Of a stretch of DNA of 64,000 nucleotides, positions 38,880-50,000 are shown one piece after another; position 1 is the first letter of the stretch; each line of letters opens with the position of its first letter. The stretch lies in assembly GCA_003427395.1 (NCBI GenBank), contig BFEA01000003.1, positions 8,637,554 to 8,701,553 of the forward strand. Reading direction: 5' to 3'. The notes under the pieces were generated by a model, which saw only the letters and a list, made by a program, of their open reading frames with translations, did no database searches and had not been told where the DNA came from. The translations under genes and the position numbers were made by a program. This stretch comes from Chara braunii (taxonomy: Eukaryota > Plantae > Charophyceae).

Positions 38880-41800
38880 TGCAACAGGACCCGCTCTCAC
38901 CTACCAGATGGACGACGGTTGACCCTGGCCATGAAGGTTGGGTCTATGTGGAAGAGAAGGACGTGAACGGGCAACTTTTTGGATGGAAATGGGAAGGTAG
39001 AGGTGAACCAAGATGGGATACGAGACCCCCCAACACGTGGTATCCCCCACAGCTGCCTGGAAAAGGCCCTTCCCCCCCCCCTCCCCACCTCCCCAGGCCA
39101 GAAAGAGAGTGACAAGAAACTGAAATCTCACTGGAAGGAATCTCAATGGAAGGAAAAAGGCCCAGGTGGGACACGTAGTATGGGGCCAGAAGCGAAAGAC
39201 TACCTGGGCGAGATGCACGAGGAGGCAAAAGGGAAGGAAGCGGGAAAAATCTCAGAGAAACAGAGGGAGAAGAAGGAAGGGGTATCTCTTTTAGGGGAGT
39301 CGGCCACGAAACCCCTGAAGGGGATGCCAGAGGGGGGAAAGGAGAAGGGAAAGGGGAAAGGAAAACGAAAGCAGGACGTGAAACAGGAGGGGAAGATGGG
39401 AACGAGTCAAACCGATATCTTTAGTGAAGTCTTCGGACCGACTCCCATGGAAGTGGAGGAAATTCAAGGAGCATCCCCCCCCCACCCACCTCTCCCCCCA
39501 CGGTAGATGAGGTGATGCAGGACGCGGAAGAGAAAAAGGAAATGAAGGAAGGACAGACAGACCAGCAGGCTGAATCCGAAACGGCGGAGGATAGATTAAG
39601 AAACGTATATGAATGGATAATGCACAATTTACACCTTAAATTCCCAGATTTGTCTGAGGAATTATGGGACAATACATTCAGAGAACTCATCCCACTATTG
39701 GAAAACAGTGAGAGCCTCAGACTTGTCTTGGACCAGGGACTTCCACAAAAAATGTGTTGGGAAGAGGTCTGCCACCAAATGTTGAGTATCGTTCTCACAA
39801 GATTCCACCCCCCAACTGCTGCACCGGAAGATACCCCAGAGGAACAAGGAAAGAAAGAAGAAACGGTCGAAGACATGGACGGGATAGGAGGAAGTGAAGG
39901 AGGATCACAGACGAAAGCAGACCCCGGGGGCAGACAAGACTGACTGGAAGGAAAGAAGGGAGGGAAAGAACAGACATTGGAGATATTGGGGAATAAAACA
40001 GCCCCCGGAAAAGAAAAGAAGGAAGAGTGGCAGACCCCCCCNAAANGGAAANAANGAACCCCCCCCCCCCCCCCAACAGGCCCTCCCCCCCCACCCGACC
40101 CTCCGGATGAAGAATTGGTCGGTGGGAGGCAGAAGCTCAGACACGTCCTAGAAAAAGGGCAATGGTTGCAATCACTATCAAAAATAGATGTGATGGCAGT
40201 GCCAGTGCGGAAAAAGGAAGGAAGCTGGAAAATAGGTCTGACAAGTCTACCGCAATCACAAAAGGGGGAGGTCACGTTACACGGGTGGGAACCCAAAGTG
40301 CCACTTTGGCTGTCATCTGGGGAGGAGGCATTCCAAATGGAAATGAAGGAATTTTTGCGTTGCACATACTAACCAGGGGCAATGGCAGTAAAAAAAGCCA
40401 CATATGGCCAACATACTTTGACAGATACATATTTATACGTGTTGTTCGAACCTGGAAAGGAGGCGGGCCTGCGGTGGCTCTCACAAAATGCATTGTTGGA
40501 TCTCCAACTTCAGAAAATCCAGAGCAGCAAAAACTGGCCAGAGGGAGATGTTTGTACAACCCTCCTCAAAATTTTGAAGGAAGAACATCTTCACACAACT
40601 GGCACAAAAGAGGCAAATTGGGACCTGGTGGAGTGGGAGGCATTGGGATAAGGGGATGAAGAGTAAGGGTGGAGAGGAAGAAGACAAGTATGGATTTGAC
40701 AAAGATCTTGTACGGGAAGAATAAGGTATGGGCGCAGACAAAGAGAGAGGCAGACTTAGACCTGCGATCTCTAAATGTGAACGGTTTGGCCACGACCTCC
40801 CCTCAAAAGAAACAGGCCCTATGGGAACAGCTAAGAGGGATAGAAGGGAGGGATTGGCCAGATGTCATATGTGTCCAAGAAACCCACCTTATGGACAAGG
40901 CGGAGCACCACCATGCACACAAGGAGGTATGGCCCTACCAGGCTTTCCGAGCGCATGCCCCAAGACCGGGGAGCGCGAGGGTGGTTATTTGGATTCCTCC
41001 CAACTCAAGGGTTGAACCTGTTCATTGGGAGGAAGACCAGATAGAAGGGAGATGGGTGTCAGTCCTGGTAATGCTGGAGCTGGAGATTATACAAATCTTC
41101 TGTGTGTTTGGACCGAACCAGGCAAGGGCCAGGCGAGCTTTCTTCGAAGCTATCACCATCAGAATCCCAGCTGATGGGATCCCGACCATTTTGGCGGGTG
41201 ATTTCAATGCATCCCCCAACCGCTGGCTTGACAGATGGCGCCTTCCCTCCCCATGCCCAGTCTACGTGGAAACAGATGAGCAGATAATCACAAATCTATG
41301 TACATCATTGGGAATGTACGACCCCTTTCGTAGACAATTTCCGACCAGACAAACCTTTTCATGCTATAGAAAAAATGGAACAGAAAAAGTCACAAGATCA
41401 AGAATCGATTTAATATTAATCTCGTAAGACTCGGAAGGGGCTTTGCAATTGGTGGAAGTGTTCCCACGGAGTGCCTACCCTGAGTTAGACCACACAATGT
41501 ACGTGGTCGTCCTCTCCTTTAGGAAGCGGCCAGACCAGGGTCCTGGATTCTTCAAACTAAATACATCCCTATTAGCAAGGAAAGATTTTCAGAATTTTAT
41601 ACACGACATACGGCAGTATTGGAGAACACACAGAGAAACAATTCAAAATGACATCCTGTGGTTTAACAATGGACTGCCCTTTTTAGCCAGAAAATCTAGT
41701 GAATTCGCTAAAGGGCTGGCTACTCGGCGACTTGCGGAAGAAATGGACCTACACCACCAACTATGTCAACTAAAACAACAGGAAGAGCAAAATGAAAATA

Positions 41801-44800
41801 TGGATACAAGGGAGCTCTCTGAGGCCATCGAGTTAACAGAGGCTCGGTTGTTAGAGTACATGGAACACAGATGGCAGGGAGCACGAATTAGGGAGAAACT
41901 GAGGGGACAATAGACGCCCCATTTTCTCCCTTAGCCAGGATAAGGACGGGCAAAACCACTATAGAGGCGATGTATGACCCGTCACAACCTGGGGGCCCAG
42001 TGACCACGTCTACAGCTGGATGTGTTCGGATAGCAAGAGACTTCTTTAAAGACCTTTTCACATCCAGGTGCAAGGAAAAACCATATGAACAAAGGATGAT
42101 AGAAATAGATGGTTTCTTGAACCCATTGCAAAATAGTCTCTCGGAACAGCAAAAGGAAACACTCGAGTTGCCCTTGTCCAAGGAAGAGGTGTGGTCGGCG
42201 CTTATGCAAATGAAAGAGGAAAAGACCCCCTAAATAGATGGTCTCCCTAAGGAATTTTGGGAGTCCACATGGAGCACCTTAGCACACAATCTGATGGACT
42301 ATTATAACGCAATATGGACCACGGGCCAGATGAGTGAGTTCGTGGGACATAGCATTTTGACCCTGCTATATAAAAGGGGCATCAAATGAACATTAGAAAC
42401 TACAGACCAAGCACCCTCTTAACTGTGGTCTATAAATTGGTAACAAAGGCTCTGGCAAACCGCCTGGGGGAGGTGATGGGAGATATTACCCACCCAGCAC
42501 AGACTGGCTTCATCAAAGGGCGAAAAATCCAACACAACATTTTGTTGGTTAACGAGGTCATTAAAGTATCAAGACAATCTAAATATAATGCTGCCATCAT
42601 TTTTGTGAATTTTGAAAAGACATATGATAATGTTGACGAGACCTTTTTGGACAAATGTCTGGAAAAGATGAATTTTGGCCCGGCCTTCAGGAGATGGGTA
42701 TAAATCCTGCATCAGAATGCCACAACGACCGTCTGAATCAATGGTAGACCGACCCCTGCCATATACCTAGAACGGTCAGTGAGGCAAGGAGACCCCATCG
42801 CCCCTTTCCTTTTTGTCATAATAATGGAGGCCCTGACTGCAAACTTAAGAGTCCACAAACTTGCACAAAGACATCTGAAAGATAAGGCTCACCTCTATCC
42901 CAGAGGATGCTATCCCCGTCTGCTCTCTCTTTGCAAACGATCTTACCATAATGATCGATGCATCTCACAAAAATATGCTAGAAATCCAAAAACTGATGAA
43001 TCAGTTCTGCTCCCTTTCAGATATGACGGTAAACTGGGGAAACAAGACACAAGGGTGGTGGTTAAACTACCAAGGAGGGAGACCACCAGACACTACCAAA
43101 ACAAAATGGATACCCACAGAAGCACCGACCAGAATCTTTGGGGTCCAAATGACAGCAAAAGGGAAACCACCCTTGAATGATGAATGACTCATACAACCAG
43201 TCCTGGGGAAACTATCCCAATGGAAGGACCGTCAGACTTCCTTAATGGGTAGGGCCCTAGTAATCAATAACGTAATCTTGGTTGCCCTTTGGTATAAAAC
43301 AACAATCTGGACACTCAGCAAACCTGCGACATCTTCCCTCCAAAGACAGGTGGCAGTTTTTTTATGGAGAAGGAATCATGAATGTCCAAATGCTATCAGT
43401 AGAGTGGCCTGGAAGTCGGTTATACAGCCAAAAACCAAAGGAAGGCTAGGGATAATTGACCCGACCACTCAAGTGATGGCCCTGGCTCTCCAATGGGTAA
43501 AAGGTTTTTTCTTCTCCACACTCGCGCCATGGCAACCATTGCAGCAGATTGCTAGGCTAGCGCCACCTGCGCCCCCAGAGGTCGAACCAGAAACATGGCT
43601 TGAAGATAGATACTAGGCTATACCTCAAAAGTCTACTCCGTCCAATGGGGAAAAAGTATCGGATAGACAAGACTTGAAAAGAGACCCTCTCTGGGCCACG
43701 ATACTGAGGACATGGCGCAAGCTGCCCCTACCCGACAAAATCTCACCCAAACGGTGGGAAGAAGTGGTCCGTCAACCACTGTTCGGAAGCCGATGGCTGA
43801 CTGGCCCCCAAAGCCGAGTCTTCCGGAGCACTGAAAATCCTTGGAAAAGTTGGGTTAAGAATGACGTACTGAGGGTCAAGGATATTTGGGAAAAGGAAAC
43901 CAAAGACTGGTTGTCGGAACCCCAACTAAGAAGGAAATTGAGGTACTGTCATTATGTGGGAGAAGCATTGGAAAACATTATCTTCTCTATCCCACTTGAC
44001 TGGGTCCGAATCCTGAAAAAAGGACCGATGATACTGCAGGGAGATTGGGTAGGGTTCTGGGATACTGAGGGGGTGGTTGGAAACGTAGTGTACACCCGCA
44101 AGGTTGGCATGAGGGCAGAACAGGAAGTGGTGGCCAACCGTTTCATAATAAATGCAGATAATTTTCTGGAACGGATACTGCCAGAAGAGACAGCATGGTA
44201 CCCGACATCCGATATTTACCGTATTTGTGTCCTTACAGAGAAAGGCCGGTGGCAAGCATACAAACCAAACAAACCAATCCAAGAACTGCCTTTAGACCCA
44301 AACGAATGAATACGGACCCAGCAATTTGGAAGGGGGAAGTCTGGGACACGGCAATTTCAGACGCTTTCAGTCAAGGCAACTTACAGAATGTTGTGACCGA
44401 AAGTAAACCTGAAAGATGTCGTCGAGGCGCGCTGGATGAAACATCTAAACATGGGGAGAGACATGTTGCGACCTGTCAAATGGTTCAAAGCAAGGAAAGT
44501 TATGCCCGCGAAGCTAGCCTCACTCCAGTGGCAAGTGGAACATAGGGCATTGTCGGCCGATGACTGGCTGATAGACAAGACGCGCCTTGAACAAAAGGGA
44601 CCGACGCTCCCATGGTGCAAGCTATGCACAACATCCTTCCCGTCTCGAAAATGACCGGAGACCATAGAGCATATGTTTCTGCAATGCCCGACGGCGATAT
44701 GGTTATGGAGATGGTGGGACCGAATATGGAGACAACTGGGTACCTCACGACCCTGCCCATGGGACTAGAGAACGCTCCTCTACGAGGCATGGGCCCCACA

Positions 44801-45717
44801 GCGAACCACCTCCTTCGAAGACAATATGTTTAAAATAGCACGCTGGGCGGTTATCTGGGCCATCTGGCGGAGACGATGCACACTTGAAATAGAAGGGGTG
44901 AACCGAGACGGTACGAAGTTTATCAATGCAATAAAAGAACAAATACAAAATGACATCTCTATCCAATGGAAAAGACTCAAAGAAAAGATTACGCATCTGC
45001 ACTCGCAACAGGAAATTAAACCACGGGTCCCCCCGCCACCGAAAACCCCTAGTCCCTGTGAGTTAGGGTCGGGTTGTACGGAGGGGCGGCGATCGTACAG
45101 AGGCGTCGGGTTGTACAGAGGCCGACGGATCCAATCCCGCCATTTTGCAAGCGGCAACTTTGCCGATTTTTTGTGCTCAGAAGAAGCCATGAAAATATCT
45201 GAAAATTTGAGGGTCCATAGATTAGGTCGTGATCTTTCAAGGGAAAATACCAGGAAAAAAAAAAATCATTTTGACGGTGAAATATTCTTTGCGCCGATTC
45301 GGTTTATTTCCATTTTTTGTCGCAAATTTTGTACGGAGGCCCGCCCGGTTTTCCACGCTGTACGGCCGGTACCCGTCGTGAAACGGCGCTACCGGTACCC
45401 CGAGGTTTTTGACGTCAGGGGGACCTGTGGCAAGCATACAACATATTGTGAGGTTCTGCAAAGACTGGCTGGGTGGAGACCAAGGGGGTTGGATTGCAAA
45501 GGTAACATGGAAAGGAGGGGGGAAGGGGGGGGAAGACGTAGAAGAAGGGGAAAGAGACTACCACCTCTGCTTTCAGGACTGGACAAAGATTGATCCCTCT
45601 ATCCCACACCGACCCCTCTCCGATTTTGTTGAATTCTTCCCGCCCCTGCCCCTAGCTTTGGTTGAGATGGAATGGTACCAGGGCATGGCCAATTAAATAG
45701 TACAAAAAAATAAAAAG
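38880..45717 (+). mobile_element. Decayed L1/Tx1-type LINE (LINE C): ORF1 remnant 38880-40651, ORF2 40690-45696
   Basis: APE motifs (NVNGL, QETH, GDFN), RT motifs (NYRP, RQGDP), Zn finger; C-terminus homologous to LINE A; A-rich end. Confidence 0.9.
45021..45430. mobile_element. ~410-bp TIR DNA element (MITE-like) inserted in LINE C ORF2
   Basis: ~29-bp imperfect TIR CCAC(G/A)GGTCCCCC...AAAACC; internal TTGTAC(G/A)GAGG repeats; LINE homology resumes after it; TSD not clean. Confidence 0.75.
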
Positions 45718-45933
45718 ACTGATCTTAAAATATCAGTGGCCCAAGCAAGGAAAGGTGGGGAGGTAGGTAGCAGGGGTAATGGAAGCCACATTGCGAAGGC
45801 ATACCCAGACAACCCCCGGAGCATCAGGGCAATCATTGCAATCATTGCAGACAACTTTGAGGCAGTCAAGAGCTCAGCCAATCCCCGGAGCACTAGAACA
45901 ATCAATATTGGAAGACCACACAGTTCTTGCTCC

Positions 45934-45936
<3 letters not shown>

Positions 45937-46022
<86 letters not shown>

Positions 46023-46147
46023 NNNNNNNNNNNNNNNNNNNNNNNNNNNNNNNNNNNNNNNNNNNNNNNNNNNNNNNNNNNNNNNNNNNNNNNNNNNNNN
46101 NNNNNNNNNNNNNNNNNNNNNNNNNNNNNNNNNNNNNNNNNNNNNNN

Positions 46148-46215
<68 letters not shown>
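45937..46215. repeat. (GA)n microsatellite spanning an N-gap
   Basis: Direct reading of the sequence. Confidence 0.95.
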
Positions 46216-46218
<3 letters not shown>

Positions 46219-46357
46219 CTCTCCAGCAGATGGATTTTTGCACAATCCTGGTTTTCCCATCTAACAACTGCTCAGTTAACCCCTCAATCTCACTGGGGCA
46301 GTCAATGCTGGCAGCCAGATTCTTACTTACTTTCTGATGCTTAGCAGCTGTTCAAAT

Positions 46358-46499
46358 GGGACGCTGGACCCGTTTTCCAGCAGGTGCGGCTCCCCACCAA
46401 TAGACTGGAGCAACCGGATCGCGCACTAGGGGAGGTTGCTCGTATCACCTTCCCTACAGACGATGGTCTGGCTTAAAAAAAAAAAAAAAAAAAAAAAAA
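46358..46499 (+). mobile_element. Retroposon 3' module copy (core, alternative hairpin, poly(A))
   Basis: Near-consensus core 46358-46411; hairpin 46427-46456 with loop CTCGTAT; A-run 46475-46499. Confidence 0.85.
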
Positions 46500-48150
46500 G
46501 GAGTTATTAAGTGTTCAGGATAGGTTTAAGTGGTGAGAAGGCAGAGTTGACCTACCTTTGTTGTGCCTTACAATCACCATGGTGACCACTAAGTCCGGGA
46601 CTGTGACCCAGCCGTTGACCGCAGAGGAGGAGCACAAGATAGAGGAGATTTTAAAGCAAAGAAAGGAGGACAAAAAAAGAGAAAGAAGGAAAGAGAAGAG
46701 GAGAAAGAGAAAGAGAAGAAGAGATTGGAGGAGGAAAAAAGGAAGCTATAGGAGAAGTTGAAGAAGAGGAAGAAGAAGAAGAAAGGGAGGAGGAAAAGCC
46801 GGAAAGACCAAGAAGGGGGGCAATCCTAATAACGGTCCCGAAGGACCCGGGACACACCAGTGAGCACCACCGAAGGTATAAACATCAGGAGGAGCAAGAA
46901 TGGGCGAGAACGTTCTACATGCCCGGGAGTCAAACGTTGGAAGAGCTATAGGGGTATGTAGCTCACTATAAGAAAGAGTTGGAGGTGCTGGGCGGGGAAG
47001 ATGCACAGATGGCGGAGGTAGAGGTCGGCATGGAGGCCACGCAAAAAGCCACCCAATAGAGAAGGAAGGAGGCAGCAGCGAGGAAGAAACTGCTAGATGA
47101 TGGGGTGGCCATAGCTACGGAGTTGGAGAAGCAGGCAAAGGGAGAGGAGGAGCAAGAGGTGAAAGACCAAATTGGACTGTTGACCGAAGCTGAACTCCAA
47201 GCCGCCCGGGAAACCTCAACACTGCGCACCGCCGTTGAGCGATTAGCTGCACAACACGACGAGTTTCGAGGTAGGTGAAATAACTTTACCACTGCCACAC
47301 TTCGCACAGTCCACGATAAGGTGGCCCAAATCCTCATGGGGGAAATTATAGACAGTAAAAAGATAAGATGTCTCAAAGGACCTCGAAATTAGGCCGGCAC
47401 GAGTGAGGTAGGCACGCAATGGTCGCCGAGACGAGGCACCGCACCATGCGCGTATCGCACCAGTATGCAGCAGTGTGTCGCTGGCGATGTGGGCGCGGGT
47501 TTCCAGCGGGGCTTCTTAGCATTGCCGGCGAGTACGTTTGCAGGCGTGGAGGGGACGTGGTGCTGGTTGTGTGCATGAGCACATTTGGCAATGTCAACAG
47601 CTGGCGAAGTGGGCACGTGCTTCGGGAGGAGCACGTGGCTGGCGCTGGTGGCTATGCGGGCACCACTGGCTGTGCTATGGTGCACAGCTGGCGAGTGGAC
47701 GGGCGTGGGTGGTAGTGTGCTGGAATATGCATGCTGACTGGCCATGCCGCCATGTCAGCACAGCTCAGGCGGCAATGCAGGCATCTCAAGTTGTGGCGGG
47801 TGGTGCTTAATTTCGGCTGATTGATGAGATGCCACTAGATGGCGAGAAGGAAGATAGAAACATGTCACTTGTTGACTCCTTGCTTTTGAAAGCACACAAG
47901 TGCCATCTCTATGCTTCGTGCTCCATTTGAGTATTGTTGCAGGCTAGCATGCCGGATGGAGGGGGGCTTGCTTTTATGCACGTGAAGTCTCTTGAGTAAT
48001 CACTCTCTCTCTTTATCTCGCGAGTTATAGTGGAGGGAGGTCGACTGTTGCGAGGGGGAGAAGAGGAGGGTGTGTCACGGGAAGTGGGAGGAGCATCGTC
48101 AGGAGGCAGTGAGTGAGGATTCGTCGAGGAGAAGTCCACGCGGCAGCAAG
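46500..48150 (+). mobile_element. Internally deleted gypsy remnant: gag N-terminus joined to PPT region and probable 3' LTR starting 47404 (end uncertain)
   Basis: MVTTKSGTVT at 46579 resembles MVTLRSGTVT of element 2; GGACCTCGAAATTAGGCCGGCACGAG|TG resembles GGACCTCGAATTTAGGACGGCGGGAG|TG of element 2. Confidence 0.6.
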
Positions 48151-48889
48151 ATTTCGTCAGACAAAGATAAGGCTTCTACTTTGGGAATTTTTTTTCATCA
48201 TCTTGTTGTTGTGATATTCTTTGTCTATCAGCATCATCTGGAATCCCCTAGCTACATCATCATCATCATTATCATTACTTTCATCAACATCATCGTCTCC
48301 ATCGCCAAGGGCAGTCATCTTTAGAAGATCATCAGTTTCAGCGTCATCATCACTACAACGTCGCCGTCTTCAACATCATCGTGGGTAATATCTCTTCTCT
48401 TCTCTTTTCGCTAGAAGTCCTTCTCTCCTCCTCCTCCTCCTCGATAGCTTCATCGCCTTCTCTTCTCTCGTTTCCCTTTCTATTCAGCCCCCACCTTATG
48501 TCCTTCATTTACTCTTTGTCTCGGCATTTCTTTCTGACATCCAGCTCTCAAATGATTTTTCTCTTCGGGGGAAGAACAAAGGGGGGAATGGGTGTGATGT
48601 TAGGAGGAGGTGCAAAAGGGAAGAGTGTGAGGGGTGTGGGGGATATGGAAGAACAAAGAAAACGAAGGGGGTGGGAGAAGAAGTCAATGGCAAGATGGTT
48701 GGGATTGATGGTATATGGGGAAAAGAGATAGGGGCTGTTAACGTTTTTATTATGGTCATAAATTTTGCCATTTAGTAATCCAGGCAAGTATATTAATCAT
48801 CATATACATCATCATCCTAATCACCAATCTACTCTTTCATCTAAAATAATATCCTAATTAAATATCCAATTTAATTTCCTAAATAATAT

Positions 48890-49962
48890 TGCAATCAGAC
48901 TCAACTCTAGACTTGCTCACAACATGCACACTTGAGAACCGATGGCAAGACTGAACTCTTTCAACTCAAAAAAACAACAATGAACTTGTCTTAAACTCAA
49001 TCTTAACAGCTGCACAACTTGCGGCTATGGCCGCCGAACANGGTCTCTACCACCAGCCTCNCTCTCTCCCTCACTGTCTCATGCGTGCACGTACGAGGAT
49101 CACCCTAAATGTCCCCACTCAGCACAACCTCACACACTCTGAACACTTGTCTTCACCAACAGCTGGGCGGCTATGGCCGTCGTCGTCTTCCTCCTGCTGG
49201 CTATGGCCGCCGACATCTACCCCACTGGCCAGCTATGGCCGCTGTCTTCTTCACTACCCACTTCGTCTCCAGGCACCTGCAGACCTCCATGCACAAGACA
49301 CCAAGGCAGCTCTTCCGCATGGCTCACAGGCNAATGAATGAATGGCTGGACGCTGCCTGTTTATTTATACTTCTTCGGAGGTACCCGGATCCTGCCTCCA
49401 GACCTGTGGGCCTGGGCCAAAACGTGTGGCCCAGGGAAGCTTCCAGACGTTTGACCTTCTGGGCCAAAACATGTGGAACTCTCTGCATGCTCCAGAACCT
49501 TCCCCACGTGTAGCCCTTACCCAGGTACATGCTGGCTGGAACCCCCCTACAGAACCCTACGGACTTCTGGAACCTACAGACTCTACAGACTTTTGACAGA
49601 CTCAGTAGAGACTTCTAGAACAGGCTTTCTAGGCCTACTGGTAACAGACCTAGCTGCTAATCTACAGACCTAGGGATCAAGTCCTACTGACCAAACTACA
49701 GACTAACCTAAGTCGTAGGACAGGTTTGGGGCTGTCTCTTATACACATCTAGATGTGTATAAGAGACAGGACTAACCTAAGTCGTAGGACAGGTTTGGGG
49801 ATCGAATCCTACTCAGGTCACGGGGTCTATGTACAGGTACAGGGTAGGTCTAGGGATCGAATCTCACTCAGCACACAGGGTCAATGTACAAGGTTAGGGC
49901 ACAGGTCTAAGGATCGAATCTCTGTGACTGCAGTACAAGGTCAACTGGGTGAAACCGTTTCA
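48890..49962 (-). repeat. 3' LTR of element 2
   Basis: Direct repeat of 56419-57539. Confidence 0.9.
49732..49769. other. Nextera mate-pair junction adapter (assembly contamination)
   Basis: CTGTCTCTTATACACATCT+AGATGTGTATAAGAGACAG; absent from the sister LTR. Confidence 0.97.
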
Positions 49963-50000
49963 CTCCCGCCGTCCTAAATTCGAGGTCCTCCGAGAACCCT

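Noticed and set aside
45736-46344. RE/SL-repeat ORFs (also at 56157 and 62691)
   Set aside because: They are translations of (GA)n microsatellites.
46358-46411. Module as an HDV-like, twister, pistol or tRNA-derived RNA
   Set aside because: It lacks the HDV P1/P3/P1.1 order and the catalytic-core consensus of the others, and has no T-loop or A/B boxes.
49732-49769. Tn5 insertion or horizontal transfer
   Set aside because: It is exactly the Nextera mate-pair junction adapter.
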